From positions 1,600,001 through 1,664,000 of the forward strand of contig CAVYXA010000001.1 of the NCBI GenBank assembly GCA_963772365.1: a stretch of 64,000 nt of DNA, read 5' to 3'. Source of the stretch: an uncultured Verrucomicrobiae bacterium (GTDB lineage: Bacteria > Verrucomicrobiota > Verrucomicrobiia > Chthoniobacterales > UBA10450). Within the stretch, counting starts at the first letter, position 1. Each line of letters starts with the position of its first letter. The position numbers and the translations under genes are program-made. This document shows positions 21,102-31,426 of the stretch, piece by piece. The notes under the pieces are model-generated. The model was not told where the DNA came from. It did no database searches and saw only the letters and a list, made by a program, of their open reading frames with translations.

Positions 21102-21581
21102 TCATCGTTTGAATTTCCTGCCCAGCGCCTTGGCCACAATCTCCGGCACGAAGCTGGAGACATCGCCGCCCAGCCGCGCGATTTCTTTAATAATTCGCGA
21201 GCTCAAGTAAGTATATTCCTCTTTCGGCATCAGAAAAATTGTTTCCACCGAATTCCGAAGTTTCCGATTCATCAGCGCCATCTGGAATTCGAATTCGAAA
21301 TCCGATACCGCGCGCAGACCGCGAACAACTGCAACCGCTTTCTGGTCCACCGCGAAATCGACCAGCAATCCATCGAATCGCGCAATCTTGACGTTTTCGA
21401 CATTGGCAACCGTCGCCCGCAGCAAATCGAGCCGCTCTTCCAACGTAAAAAGGGCCTGCTTTTCCTCATTGTGCGCGATCGCCACAACGACTTCATCAAA
21501 CAGCTTGCGCGCCCGCTCGATGACATCGAGGTGCCCATTAGTCACTGGATCGAAACTGCCGGGATAAATCGCTCGTCGCAT
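21102..21581 (-). CDS. coaD: Pantetheine-phosphate adenylyltransferase
   Basis: YPGSFDPVTNGH, RGLRAVSDFEFE, SS..IKE. Confidence 0.97.
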   Translation of the reverse strand: MRRAIYPGSFDPVTNGHLDVIERARKLFDEVVVAIAHNEEKQALFTLEERLDLLRATVANVENVKIARFDGLLVDFAVDQKAVAVVRGLRAVSDFEFEFQMALMNRKLRNSVETIFLMPKEEYTYLSSRIIKEIARLGGDVSSFVPEIVAKALGRKFKR

Positions 21582-21590
21582 TTCCGAAGA

Positions 21591-21618
21591 ATCAAACATC
21601 AAACGTCAAACATCAAAC
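21591..21618. repeat. Heptamer tandem repeat (RTCAAAC x4)
   Basis: ATCAAAC ATCAAAC GTCAAAC ATCAAAC in the divergent coaD/usp intergenic region. Confidence 0.75.
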
Positions 21619-21672
21619 GTTCGTCGCTCCGGTTTGCTGAACCGGCGCGAAGCGGGAAGTTAATTGCTGTAG

Positions 21673-22503
21673 ATGCACAATCCTTCGACATATCGCCGCA
21701 TTGCGGTGGCTAGCACCTTCTCACCGCGGTTCAAGCAGGTCCTGGCCGAAGCAAAGCGAATTCGCGATCGTTTTCGATCGCGATTGGAACTTATCTATGT
21801 GGGCGAACGTACCGACGAAACGACCGCAAGATTTCGCGATGCTTTCGCCGAACTCGAGCTGGCGCCGGACTCCGTTATTCATTACCGAGACGGTGATCCG
21901 GCGGAAGCAATCCTCAAGGTGGCCGCCGAGAACGATGTCGATCTTCTCATCGCCGGCGCGCTGGAAAAGGAAGTCATTTTGCGACCGTTTCTGGGCGATG
22001 TGGCGCGCCGTCTTGTTCGCGACGGGAACTGTTCTGTCTTGCTTTTCACGAAACCAGACCAGAAACCAAAACCGCTCAAGCAGATCGCGTTTGTGGCAGA
22101 TTATTCCCAGCACGCGCAGGAGGCCCTGCAACGGACATTTCGCCTCGCTGAAGCTGAATCATGCGAGCGATTTCACGTGGTCCGCGTTTACACGAGTTTC
22201 GATCGGGCAAGAGCCGCCCTATCCGGAAGCGCGGGAAAAATTGAGGCGCCGGCTCGGACATTCGAAGAAGAGGAAACCGCACTGGAAGAATTTATTTTGG
22301 GCGCGGGCCATACCGAAGTGCCGATCGAGGCGCGATGTCTTCGCGGCAACACCGGATTTGTTGCGTCCGATTTCGTTCAATCGATTCACGCCGATCTTCT
22401 CGTGGTGCCGGTTTCACGCGATCACGCCATTACCGGCACGCTGCCAAGTCACGTCGCCTGGATCACCGACGTGATTCCGTGCAATTTGTGGGTGATCCGA
22501 TAG
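21673..22503 (+). CDS. Universal stress protein (tandem USP domains)
   Basis: GDPAEAIL..A....VDLLIAG, LGDVARRL, second domain ADLLVV...IPCNLWV. Confidence 0.85.
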   Translation: MHNPSTYRRIAVASTFSPRFKQVLAEAKRIRDRFRSRLELIYVGERTDETTARFRDAFAELELAPDSVIHYRDGDPAEAILKVAAENDVDLLIAGALEKEVILRPFLGDVARRLVRDGNCSVLLFTKPDQKPKPLKQIAFVADYSQHAQEALQRTFRLAEAESCERFHVVRVYTSFDRARAALSGSAGKIEAPARTFEEEETALEEFILGAGHTEVPIEARCLRGNTGFVASDFVQSIHADLLVVPVSRDHAITGTLPSHVAWITDVIPCNLWVIR

Positions 22504-22548
22504 CCAAAAGCTTCAAATCGGTTTCGTGTTCAACGCCGGAATTTTTTC

Positions 22549-22642
22549 TGTCATCTTGAGCGGAGCGAAAGATCTCAATTCTATTGCTGGCAGGCTTGGC
22601 CCTGAGAATGATTAGAGATTCTTCGCTCCGCTCAGAATGACA
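22549..22642. repeat. REP-like palindromic element, TGTCA-type (28-bp inverted arms)
   Basis: TGTCATCTTGAGCGGAGCGAAAGATCTC ... GAGATTCTTCGCTCCGCTCAGAATGACA (24/28 complementary). Confidence 0.8.
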
Positions 22643-22660
22643 AGTCGGAAGACGATCTAG

Positions 22661-23362
22661 GTGAACGACGCCCCGCAATTTCATGCCTACGGTCCGGCGC
22701 ATCTGATTGTGATCGCTATCACTATCACGTTGCCATTTCTGCTGGCGACAGTGGCCAAATCGCGCCGGATCGAACGCGCAATCGTCACTGTGCTCACTGC
22801 GCTGCTAATTGTGAACTACGGTGGCTATCTCATTTTCATCCGCGGCCACGGCGTAACGGACTGGCTGCAAATGCTACCTCTGCAAATGTGTGACTGGGGA
22901 ATGGTCGTTGTGATCGTCGCGCTCTGGACCTGCAATCAACGCTGGTTTGAGGTCGCTTATTTTTGGGGATTTGGCGGGACGCTTCAGGCCATCCTTACAC
23001 CGAATCTCCAGTACGGTTTTCCCGATCTGCGCTTTTTCAGTTTCTTCGTTTCCCATTCGGCCATCATTGTCGGTGTCGTTTTTCTCATGATCGTCCGCCG
23101 ACTCCGCCCCTATCCGATGTCGATTGTACGAGTGTGGCTCTGGTCCGAATTCTATTTCGTGATCACGTTCATTGCCGATCAGTTAACCGGATATAATTAC
23201 GGATTTCTTCTTCACAAACCGGAGGCGTTTTCTCTGTTAAGCCTTCTCTCCGATTCCCGCCCGCTATACCTCCTGGAGATGCACGGCCTCGCGCTTTTGT
23301 TCTTTCTCGTCCTCTACGCGCCGTTTGCGATTGTCGATCTTGTGAGAAAAAACAAACTGTAG
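22661..23362 (+). CDS. YwaF/TIGR02206 family membrane protein
   Basis: H in TM1, LPLQMCD, YFWG..G..QA..TP, F...H, NYGFL..KP. Confidence 0.85.
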   Translation: MNDAPQFHAYGPAHLIVIAITITLPFLLATVAKSRRIERAIVTVLTALLIVNYGGYLIFIRGHGVTDWLQMLPLQMCDWGMVVVIVALWTCNQRWFEVAYFWGFGGTLQAILTPNLQYGFPDLRFFSFFVSHSAIIVGVVFLMIVRRLRPYPMSIVRVWLWSEFYFVITFIADQLTGYNYGFLLHKPEAFSLLSLLSDSRPLYLLEMHGLALLFFLVLYAPFAIVDLVRKNKL

Positions 23363-23424
23363 GGCGATCGCTCCGGTTGCTATGGTGAAAGCAAAACCTT
23401 GGCAGGCGGAGCGCCTGCCCTACA
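23358..23424. repeat. GTAG-type REP doublet
   Basis: TGTAGGGC...GCCCTACA termini with internal hairpin GGCAGGCG-GAG-CGCCTGCC. Confidence 0.75.
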
Positions 23425-23432
23425 ATCATCTT

Positions 23433-24242
23433 GTGAAGGTGAAACCATTGCGCCTTGGGATAGGTGGCCGCCGACCGGTTTTTATTCTCGGGCCGTGCGT
23501 CATTGAGTCGGAGAAGTTTGTTTGGCGGATGGCGAAAAAGATCGCGACAATCTGCACACTGGAAGATGTCGATCTTATTTTTAAAGCATCCTACGACAAG
23601 GCGAACCGGACTTCCGTGCGTTCGTTTCGAGGCGTCGGAGCGCAGCAAGGATGTCAGATGCTCGGAGCAATCGGTCGTGAATTGAAAATCCCGGTCACGA
23701 CAGATGTCCATTCGCCGGAGGAGGCGGAAATCGCGGGTGAGAAGATCGATATGCTCCAAATTCCGGCATTTCTCTGCCGGCAGACCGATCTGTTGCGTGC
23801 CGCTGCCCAAACGGGTCGGGCAGTGAATGTGAAGAAGGGACAATTTCTCGCCCCGTGGGACGTGAAGAATATCGCCCAGAAACTCCGCTCGTTTGGCTGC
23901 AAGAATTTCTGTTTCACCGAACGCGGCACGACATTCGGTTACAATAATCTCGTGGCCGACATGCGTTCGCTCTACTGGATCCGCGAAGCCGGTTATCACG
24001 TCATCTTCGATGCGACTCATTCCGTGCAGCGGCCTGGCGGGGCTGGCGATGTCACGTCTGGTGATGGCGTTATTGCTCCGGTTCTGGCCAGAGCTGCCAT
24101 GGCCGCCGGCTGCGATGGCATCTTCATGGAAGTGCACGAAAATCCGGCCCGCGCGCTGTCGGATGCGGCGAACCAGGTTCCCCTGAAAAATTTGCCGAAG
24201 CACTTGCGCATGTTAAAAGCTATTCATGCTGCCATTTCGTAG
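23433..24242 (+). CDS. kdsA: KDO 8-phosphate synthase
   Basis: GPCVIE, KASYDKANRTS, QIPAFLCRQT, KKGQF, ERG..FGY, DATHSVQ; GTG start chosen downstream of the REP. Confidence 0.95.
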   Translation: MKVKPLRLGIGGRRPVFILGPCVIESEKFVWRMAKKIATICTLEDVDLIFKASYDKANRTSVRSFRGVGAQQGCQMLGAIGRELKIPVTTDVHSPEEAEIAGEKIDMLQIPAFLCRQTDLLRAAAQTGRAVNVKKGQFLAPWDVKNIAQKLRSFGCKNFCFTERGTTFGYNNLVADMRSLYWIREAGYHVIFDATHSVQRPGGAGDVTSGDGVIAPVLARAAMAAGCDGIFMEVHENPARALSDAANQVPLKNLPKHLRMLKAIHAAIS

Positions 24243-24795
24243 CGGCCCCGGAAGCTTTCCGGGCTGGCTGCTGAGCTTAGTTCTGATTCTAATGCTGCCG
24301 ATTTTGATCGTCGCTCAGTCATCCCTTGCCAAAGGGAAAGGCGGTAAGAAGAGACAGAACCGACAGGCGGCAGCGGCCAAACAGAGTCCTTTGCCGGGAG
24401 AAGAGAGCCTGACAAACATTCCGCTGCCCACCGGTCATGAAGCAAAGGGCCTGGTCTTGCCCGATTACGATACCCAAGGTCGTCTGCGAGGAAAATTCGA
24501 GGCCGGCACGGCCCATCGAATCGACGACGACCACATCGGTTTTCAAAATTTGAAAATCACAACTTACACGCCAGAGAAGAAGCCAGATCTTGAGATTGAT
24601 CTGCGTACTTCGGTCCTGAATCTCAAGACGCGCGTTTTGAGTTCCAAGGAGCGAAGCTTCGTCAAGCGCGCGGATTTTCGTATCACAGGCGATTCGGTCC
24701 AGTTCGATACCGTCGCGCGAACTGGGCGACTGATGGGAAACGTGAAGATGGTTATTACCGATAATTCGCGTCTAATGGGAAAGGAAAACGAATGA
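24226..24795 (+). CDS. LptC-like LPS export protein
   Basis: N-terminal TM, beta-jellyroll-like C-terminus (ITGD..FD....G.L.GNVKM); kdsA-lptC-lptA-lptB order. Confidence 0.65.
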   Translation: MLPFRSGPGSFPGWLLSLVLILMLPILIVAQSSLAKGKGGKKRQNRQAAAAKQSPLPGEESLTNIPLPTGHEAKGLVLPDYDTQGRLRGKFEAGTAHRIDDDHIGFQNLKITTYTPEKKPDLEIDLRTSVLNLKTRVLSSKERSFVKRADFRITGDSVQFDTVARTGRLMGNVKMVITDNSRLMGKENE

Positions 24796-25415
24796 AGCAG
24801 TGGATGATTTTCCCGCTCATTCTTGCTGCACTGTCGATTCACGCAGGGGCACAAACTGCGGCCACGCCGACAAAATCACCCACCAAAGAAAATGCAGTGG
24901 CGAAGACAATCCCGGCCACGACAACCCAATCAAACGAACCGGTGACCACCCAGATCTATGCCGATGAAGCATTTTTCGATTCGAACAAAGACATGGGTAT
25001 TTTCAGCGGCCACGTTCGAGTCATCGATCCGCGGTTCAATCTTCAGTCGGAAAAACTAACAATTTATGTGAGCAAGGGAGAGAACCAGGGATTGGAGAAA
25101 GCGATCGCCGAGGGAAATGTCGCGGTCGTGCGCGATCGTCCCGATCCAAATGGCGGGCCGCCCACTCGTGCTATTGGTCGCTCCGAGAGCGCCACTTACG
25201 TAGCGGCAACCGGCAATGTTGAACTAAAAGGCGACCCGCGTGTCCAGGAAGGGTTAAATACGCATGTTGCGGCGAGCCCGGAAACGGTCATGATCATCAA
25301 TCAAAACGGCCAATTGACCACACACGGACCAAGTCGGACGGAAATTCGGCAGGAACCCAAAGAATCACCGAGCCCAAGCCCGACGCCGACACCGACGTCA
25401 ACTCCCAAGTCATGA
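24792..25415 (+). CDS. lptA: LptA/OstA family LPS transport protein
   Basis: Signal peptide, IFSGHVRV, A.GNV, L.GDPRV; precedes lptB. Confidence 0.8.
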   Translation: MKQWMIFPLILAALSIHAGAQTAATPTKSPTKENAVAKTIPATTTQSNEPVTTQIYADEAFFDSNKDMGIFSGHVRVIDPRFNLQSEKLTIYVSKGENQGLEKAIAEGNVAVVRDRPDPNGGPPTRAIGRSESATYVAATGNVELKGDPRVQEGLNTHVAASPETVMIINQNGQLTTHGPSRTEIRQEPKESPSPSPTPTPTSTPKS

Positions 25416-26197
25416 TCACTGCGCCTGATCTAAAATCGCAGCCGGGATCCACGCCGCAAGTTACAGCGAAGATCGACGATGTTCTTGTTACCGATCAGCT
25501 AGTGAAGGTCTATGGCGGTCGTGCCGTTGTCGATGGTGTCAACCTCACCGTCAAAGCGGGTGAGATTGTTGGATTGCTCGGGCCCAACGGCGCCGGCAAA
25601 ACGACCAGCTTTTACATGATCGTCGGCCTGGTTAGGCCAAACAGCGGCCGCGTCATGTTTTCCGGTACCGATGTGACGAATTACCCGATGTACAAGCGGG
25701 CCCGGCTCGGCATGGGATATCTGCCGCAGGAAGAATCGATCTTTCGCAAAATGACGGTGGAACAAAATATCATGGCCATTTTGCAAACGTTGCCACTGAG
25801 CCGGGCCGAGCGCCGCAATCGCTGCGATCAATTGTTGCATCAATTCGGAATTGAGCGGGTGGCGAAAAATACCGCGCTTACATTGAGCGGCGGCGAAAAA
25901 CGGCGCCTGACTATTGCCAGATCGCTGGTGACTGGCCCAAAATTGCTGATGCTCGATGAGCCGTTCAGCGGCGTCGACCCGATCGCGGTTTACGATGTCC
26001 AGCAGATCATCATCAATCTGCGTAAATCAGGTCTGGCCATCATGATCACCGATCACAACGTGCGCGAGACATTGTCGATCGTCGATCGCGCCTACTTAAT
26101 TTACGAAGGCCGGGTCGAAAGCGAAGGCACCAAAGATTTTCTAATCAACGACCCGATTAGCCGCCAGTTGTATCTCGGCGAACGATTCAAGATGTAG
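25412..26197 (+). CDS. lptB: LPS export ABC transporter ATP-binding protein
   Basis: GPNGAGKTT, YLPQEESIF, LSGGE, LDEPF.GVDP, TDHNVRE, YLGE.F. Confidence 0.97.
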   Translation: MITAPDLKSQPGSTPQVTAKIDDVLVTDQLVKVYGGRAVVDGVNLTVKAGEIVGLLGPNGAGKTTSFYMIVGLVRPNSGRVMFSGTDVTNYPMYKRARLGMGYLPQEESIFRKMTVEQNIMAILQTLPLSRAERRNRCDQLLHQFGIERVAKNTALTLSGGEKRRLTIARSLVTGPKLLMLDEPFSGVDPIAVYDVQQIIINLRKSGLAIMITDHNVRETLSIVDRAYLIYEGRVESEGTKDFLINDPISRQLYLGERFKM

Positions 26198-26200
26198 CCG

Positions 26201-26683
26201 ATGCAAATCTGTCATCTCTTCGTTTCCCCGGGACATAATTTCGTCGGTCATCATAATCGGGAGCCAGACACATTCCCGATGATCGAAGTGCCGGCGATCG
26301 AGTGTCTGGCGGGACGCGGGATTCGTGGCGACCGCTATTTCGATTTCAAAGATAATTACAAAGGGCAGATCACATTTTTTTCACTCGAAGTTTTCGATGA
26401 GCTGTGCGACGCGCTCCACTTGGACGGTTGTTCTCCAAGCCTCGTCCGGAGAAACGTGTTCACGCGCGATGTCGATCTTAACAAATTAATCGACCGTGAT
26501 TTTGAGGTTCAAGGCGTCCAGTTTCATGGAACGCAGGAATGCGCCCCGTGTTACTGGATGGATCGCGCTGCCGCGCCCGGCGCGCAGGAATTTCTCAAAG
26601 GCCGCGGTGGTTTGCGGGCGCGGATCCTGAACGATGGCGAGTTGCGCTCGCTGGTGCAAGTCCACGCGTCTTCTGGAATTTGA
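26201..26683 (+). CDS. MOSC domain protein
   Basis: GI.GDRY, RRN, C.PC, GRGGLRARI. Confidence 0.85.
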   Translation: MQICHLFVSPGHNFVGHHNREPDTFPMIEVPAIECLAGRGIRGDRYFDFKDNYKGQITFFSLEVFDELCDALHLDGCSPSLVRRNVFTRDVDLNKLIDRDFEVQGVQFHGTQECAPCYWMDRAAAPGAQEFLKGRGGLRARILNDGELRSLVQVHASSGI

Positions 26684-26740
26684 ATTAGCTACGTTTTCGG
26701 CAGCATTGCGCAGGCGCGATGTCCGCTTTAAGACAACGCG

Positions 26741-28861
26741 ATGAGCGCTCCGATCTACACCTGCCCGATGCATCCGGAGGTGGAGCAGGATTCACCAGGC
26801 AGCTGTCCGCAATGCGGAATGGCGCTCGAATCGAAGACGTTCGTTCCCGGCGACGAACCGGAAAATGCCGAGTTGATCGATATGACGCGACGCTTCTGGA
26901 TTGGCGCTGCATTGGCCCTGCCCGTTCTGGTTCTGGCCATGGCTCATTTGTTTCCCGGCGGTTCGAAATGGGCATCGGCTAATTGGTCGCGCTGGTTGCA
27001 ATTTGCGCTGAGTACTCCGGTTGTAATCTGGGCCGGCGGGCCATTTTTTCAGCGCGGCTGGCAATCACTCCGCCATCGCGCGTTGAATATGTTTACGCTG
27101 ATCTCGATGGGCGTCGGCGTGGCTTACGTTTACAGCGCCATTGTCATGCTGGCGCCGGGAATTTTTCCAGCGTCGTTTAAAGAACACGGCAGAATCGGCA
27201 TTTACTTCGAAGCAGCGGCGATCATCACCGTTCTGGTATTGCTTGGACAAGTGCTTGAGTTGCGCGCCCGAAGCCAGACCGGAAGCGCCATCCGTGCTTT
27301 GCTCGATCTTGCTCCGAAAAAAGCACGGGTCGTCATTGATGGCGAAGAACGCGAAGTGGTGCTGGACGAAGTTCAGCACCAGGACCGCTTGCGTGTCCGT
27401 CCCGGCGAGAAAATTCCCGTCGATGGTAAAATTGTCGATGGTAAAACCAGCATCGACGAATCGATGCTCACCGGCGAATCGATGCCGGTTGAAAAAAATA
27501 TCGGCGATCGCGTCACCGGCGGCACGATAAATCAAACCGGCAGCTTCATCATGGAAGCCGAGCGCGTGGGCAGCGAAACCGTGCTGTCCCAAATCGTAGA
27601 AATGGTTGCGCAAGCGCAACGCAGCCGGGCGCCGATTCAAAGCCTGGCTGATAAAGTGGCCGGCTGGTTTGTGCCCGGCGTGATCTTTATGGCGGCGATC
27701 ACATTCGTCGCATGGATTTTCCTCGGACCAGAGCCGCGATTTGCGCATGCGATGATCAACGCCGTAGCGGTCCTCATTATTGCTTGTCCCTGCGCGCTGG
27801 GATTGGCGACACCGATGTCGATCATGGTAGGCGTGGGACGCGGCGCGCAGGCGGGTGTTTTGATCAAACAAGCGGAAGCGATCGAGCGTCTGGAGAAAGT
27901 GAACACGATCGTGGTGGATAAAACCGGAACTCTCACCGAAGGCAAACCGCGCCTGACGAAAACGATTCTGAACAGCGATCTTTCTGAAGAGCAATTACTT
28001 CGCCTGGCCGCCAGTCTCGAACAACGAAGCGAACATCCTCTGTCGGCTTCCATCGTCGGCAGTGCGCTGGAACGCGGCATTCGATTGAGCAACGTCTCGG
28101 AATTCGAATCCATCACCGGAAGCGGCTTGAGCGGCGAGGTGGACAGCCACAATGTGCTCATCGGCAAACCGGAATTCCTGAAAGCGCGTAACGTTCGAGG
28201 CGTTGAAACCGCGCAAAGCGCGGGGACCGATTTGCAGCAACAAGGTCAGACCGTCGTCTTTGTCGCCGTCGATGGTATTGTGGCCGGCGTTCTCGGAATA
28301 ATCGATCCAATCAAAGAATCTTCCGTCGAAGCGGTGAGACATTTGCATCGGCTCGGATTGAAAGTCATCATGATGACCGGCGATAACGAGCGCACCGCGC
28401 GAGCAGTTTCACAAAAGCTTGGAATCGACCAAGTTGAAGCCGGTGTCGAGCCGCAGCGCAAGAACGAACGGGTGCGGCAATTGCGCGAGCAGGGAAGAAT
28501 CATCGCGATGGCTGGGGACGGAATCAACGATGCGCCAGCGCTGGCGGAAGCAGATGTCGGAATCGCAATGGGCACAGGTGCGGATGTGGCGATGGAAAGC
28601 GCCGGCCTGACCTTGATGAAGGGAGATCTCCGTGGAATCGAGAAAGCGATTCGGCTTAGCCGCGCCATGATGCGCAACATTCGGCAGAATCTCTTCTTCG
28701 CATTCCTTTACAACTCGATCGGAATACCGATTGCCGCCGGCGTGCTCTATCCGTTCTTCGGAATCTTGCTCAGCCCGATCATTGCCGGGGCGGCCATGAG
28801 TTTCAGCTCCGTCTCAGTGATCGCCAACGCATTGCGGCTTCGATGGGTTAAACTTGGCTAG
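26741..28861 (+). CDS. copA: Cu(I)-translocating P1B-type ATPase
   Basis: N-terminal YTCPMHP metal-binding domain, TGES, CPC, DKTGT, HP, GDGIND, YN and MSFSS motifs. Confidence 0.93.
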   Translation: MSAPIYTCPMHPEVEQDSPGSCPQCGMALESKTFVPGDEPENAELIDMTRRFWIGAALALPVLVLAMAHLFPGGSKWASANWSRWLQFALSTPVVIWAGGPFFQRGWQSLRHRALNMFTLISMGVGVAYVYSAIVMLAPGIFPASFKEHGRIGIYFEAAAIITVLVLLGQVLELRARSQTGSAIRALLDLAPKKARVVIDGEEREVVLDEVQHQDRLRVRPGEKIPVDGKIVDGKTSIDESMLTGESMPVEKNIGDRVTGGTINQTGSFIMEAERVGSETVLSQIVEMVAQAQRSRAPIQSLADKVAGWFVPGVIFMAAITFVAWIFLGPEPRFAHAMINAVAVLIIACPCALGLATPMSIMVGVGRGAQAGVLIKQAEAIERLEKVNTIVVDKTGTLTEGKPRLTKTILNSDLSEEQLLRLAASLEQRSEHPLSASIVGSALERGIRLSNVSEFESITGSGLSGEVDSHNVLIGKPEFLKARNVRGVETAQSAGTDLQQQGQTVVFVAVDGIVAGVLGIIDPIKESSVEAVRHLHRLGLKVIMMTGDNERTARAVSQKLGIDQVEAGVEPQRKNERVRQLREQGRIIAMAGDGINDAPALAEADVGIAMGTGADVAMESAGLTLMKGDLRGIEKAIRLSRAMMRNIRQNLFFAFLYNSIGIPIAAGVLYPFFGILLSPIIAGAAMSFSSVSVIANALRLRWVKLG

Positions 28862-28881
28862 CGATGTGAAGCTGAGGCACA

Positions 28882-30576
28882 ATGAGGATCCGCACTATGA
28901 AGATATTGCGAAACAGTCTCCTCCTATTTCTTGTTTGTTTTTCCGGCAACATGCTCCGAGCTGACGATGTCGATCTTCTCCTGATCCACGGCAACGTTTA
29001 CACCGTTAATGAACGCCAGCCACATGCGGAGGCGATTGCGGTAAAGAAAGATCGTATCGTATTCGTTGGCTCAAACGCTGACGCGAAAAAACTGGCCAGA
29101 GCCAAAACAAAGACTGTCGATCTTCATGGACACACTGTCGTTCCTGGACTGACCGACTCGCACTGTCACATCTTCGGGATCGGCCAGCGTGAGCTGACGT
29201 TGAACCTGGAGGGCACAAACACGCGCGAAGATTTTCTGGCGAAAGTGAAGGCGCGCGTCGAAAAAACTGCGTCCGGCGAATGGGTAACAGGTCGCGGCTG
29301 GATCGAGACGTTTTGGAAACCGCCGCAGTTTCCATCGCGCCAGGATCTCGACGCCATCGCGCCGAAGAATCCGGTTTTTCTTACTCGTGCCGATGGACAC
29401 GCATCCATTGCCAATAGTGAAGCATTGGAAATTTCAAAGATCGATAAAAGCACGCCAGACCCGTTCGGCGGAAAGATTCTCAAGGACAAAGCGAGTGGAC
29501 CGACGGGAATGCTGCTCGATAATGCACAGGATCTGGTTGCAAAAAATATTCCCAAACCCACGCAAGCCGACCGCGAATGGGCACTCCTCCGTGGAATCGA
29601 GCGCGAGATCGGCCTCGGCTGGTGCGAAATTCAAAATGCCGGCAGCCGCCAAGAGGACATCGAACTCATCAAAAAAGTATTCGCCGAGGGCAAAGCAAAG
29701 ATTCGTTTCATCAACGCCGTTTATGGCCCGGGCGAGGACGCAGAGCGCCTGCTGCGCGAGGGACCGGTGCTCAACGAATACAGTCATCATTTCACCCAGC
29801 GAACGATCAAAGTAATTTTCGACGGCGCTCTCGGCTCGCGGGGAGCTGCTCTGTTAAAACCGTACAGCGATGCTCCTGACACCTCCGGATTTCTGACCCA
29901 AAAACCGGAAGAGTTGAGGCCGATGTTTGAAGAAGCGCTTCGGCGCGGAATTCAAGTTGAAACGCACGCCATCGGCGATCGGGCCAATCGATTGATTCTC
30001 GATCTTTACGAAGAGGCATTCAAAGCGGTTCCTTCAGATAAACGAAAAATTCCCAAGCCACGTTGGCGTGTCGAGCATGCGCAGATTGTCGATCCTGCAG
30101 ATATCCCGCGGTTTGCAAAACTGGGAGTGATCGCTTCGATGCAGCCGTCGCACGCGATCAGCGATTTATTTTTCGCCCCGGCCCGACTCGGAATGGAGCG
30201 CCTCGCAGGAGCGTATGCGTGGCAAAGTTTTCTCAAATCGGGCGCGGTCGTCTGTGGCGGATCGGATGCGCCGGTCGAGCGCGGGGAACCGATGATTGAA
30301 TTTTACGCTGCAGTCGCGCGTAAAAGTGTCCGAGGCGAATCGGGGGCGGGATGGCATCCCGAACAGGCAGTCTCCCGCGAGGAGGCGCTCAAGATGTTTA
30401 CGATCTCGCCTGCTTACGCTGCGTTCGAAGAAAAAGACAAGGGTTCGATCGAACCGGGCAAGCTGGCCGATTTCACGGTTCTTTCACAAGACATTATGAA
30501 AATTCCCGAGCCCGAAATTCTAAGGACACGCAACGAGATGACCGTGGTCGCCGGAGAAATTTTATACTCCCAGTAG
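28882..30576 (+). CDS. Amidohydrolase family 3 (YtcJ-like), secreted
   Basis: PGLTDSHCH, DGALGSRGA, HAIGD, RVEHAQ, GSDAPV, GKLADF. Confidence 0.9.
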   Translation: MRIRTMKILRNSLLLFLVCFSGNMLRADDVDLLLIHGNVYTVNERQPHAEAIAVKKDRIVFVGSNADAKKLARAKTKTVDLHGHTVVPGLTDSHCHIFGIGQRELTLNLEGTNTREDFLAKVKARVEKTASGEWVTGRGWIETFWKPPQFPSRQDLDAIAPKNPVFLTRADGHASIANSEALEISKIDKSTPDPFGGKILKDKASGPTGMLLDNAQDLVAKNIPKPTQADREWALLRGIEREIGLGWCEIQNAGSRQEDIELIKKVFAEGKAKIRFINAVYGPGEDAERLLREGPVLNEYSHHFTQRTIKVIFDGALGSRGAALLKPYSDAPDTSGFLTQKPEELRPMFEEALRRGIQVETHAIGDRANRLILDLYEEAFKAVPSDKRKIPKPRWRVEHAQIVDPADIPRFAKLGVIASMQPSHAISDLFFAPARLGMERLAGAYAWQSFLKSGAVVCGGSDAPVERGEPMIEFYAAVARKSVRGESGAGWHPEQAVSREEALKMFTISPAYAAFEEKDKGSIEPGKLADFTVLSQDIMKIPEPEILRTRNEMTVVAGEILYSQ

Positions 30577-30602
30577 ATCCACTTAGAGAACATGAAGGCA
30601 GG

Positions 30603-31424
30603 CTAAGTGATCTGAAACCGCGAACGGATCAGGACGGAAACGGAAACCAGCACAAGTAACGCGCCAAAAGTGCAAACGATAGCGGCGCCCGAGGGAAGAT
30701 CGCACCAGAAGGAGAAAAACAGACCGGCAATCCCACCAATCAGGGAAAGCGCCCAACCGAGGAGTAATCGATTTCTGATTGAGCGCGCGAGAATCACAGC
30801 GCACACCGCTGGCGCGATTAGATAGCTAAAAACGAGCAAAACGCCCGCGACCCGAACGAACACCGTTACAACAAGGCCGAACGTCGCGTAAAATAAAAAA
30901 TCCCACCAACGGACACGCAGTCCGCGCCCGTAGGCAATTTCGCGCTGAAACGAAAGAAGCAGAAATTGGTTGCGTAATCCGAAATGGAGCGCGCCCACGA
31001 CGGCGAATACGGAAAAGCATTTCCAAACTTCCGCCGCGCTTACCACAGTGATATCTCCCACGAGCATGTTGCGAATTTCTTCGTTCCCGTGCGTGGAGCG
31101 ACTGAGCAAAAGGACGGCGGCGGCGGCCGAAACGACGTAAGCAATTCCAATAATCGCTTCCTGCGGAACGCGACTCACGCGTTTTCCTGTCGCAGAAAAA
31201 ATCGCCGCGCCGATCAAGGTAACAGCCAACCCAATGCCGTAGGCCTTCCAGTCTTCCGGTTCGAATCCGGCGAGAACGGCGATGGAAATCCCGAGCGAAG
31301 CCATCTGGGCCATCGCGATGTCGATAAAGATGATACCGCGTTGCACGACGTGAAGCCCGAGATAAACCAACAGCCACGGCAACAGGACGCAGGCCATGAT
31401 CGGCCAAAACATTATTTCAAACAT
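30603..31424 (-). CDS. Metal ABC transporter permease (ZnuB/MntB-like)
   Basis: YLGLHVV.RG.IF.D, EAIIG, GVLLVFSYLI.PA, DLPSGA. Confidence 0.88.
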   Translation of the reverse strand: MFEIMFWPIMACVLLPWLLVYLGLHVVQRGIIFIDIAMAQMASLGISIAVLAGFEPEDWKAYGIGLAVTLIGAAIFSATGKRVSRVPQEAIIGIAYVVSAAAAVLLLSRSTHGNEEIRNMLVGDITVVSAAEVWKCFSVFAVVGALHFGLRNQFLLLSFQREIAYGRGLRVRWWDFLFYATFGLVVTVFVRVAGVLLVFSYLIAPAVCAVILARSIRNRLLLGWALSLIGGIAGLFFSFWCDLPSGAAIVCTFGALLVLVSVSVLIRSRFQIT

Positions 31425-31426
31425 GG

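Noticed and set aside
23382..23432. N-terminal extension of KdsA as given in the ORF track
   Set aside because: The extension is translation through the REP element; a GTG at 23433 or 23439 is the more likely start.
19240..27994. Long antisense ORFs (e.g. 19240-20163, 23169-24203, 27065-27994)
   Set aside because: Shadow ORFs opposite plsX, kdsA and copA with no recognisable motifs.
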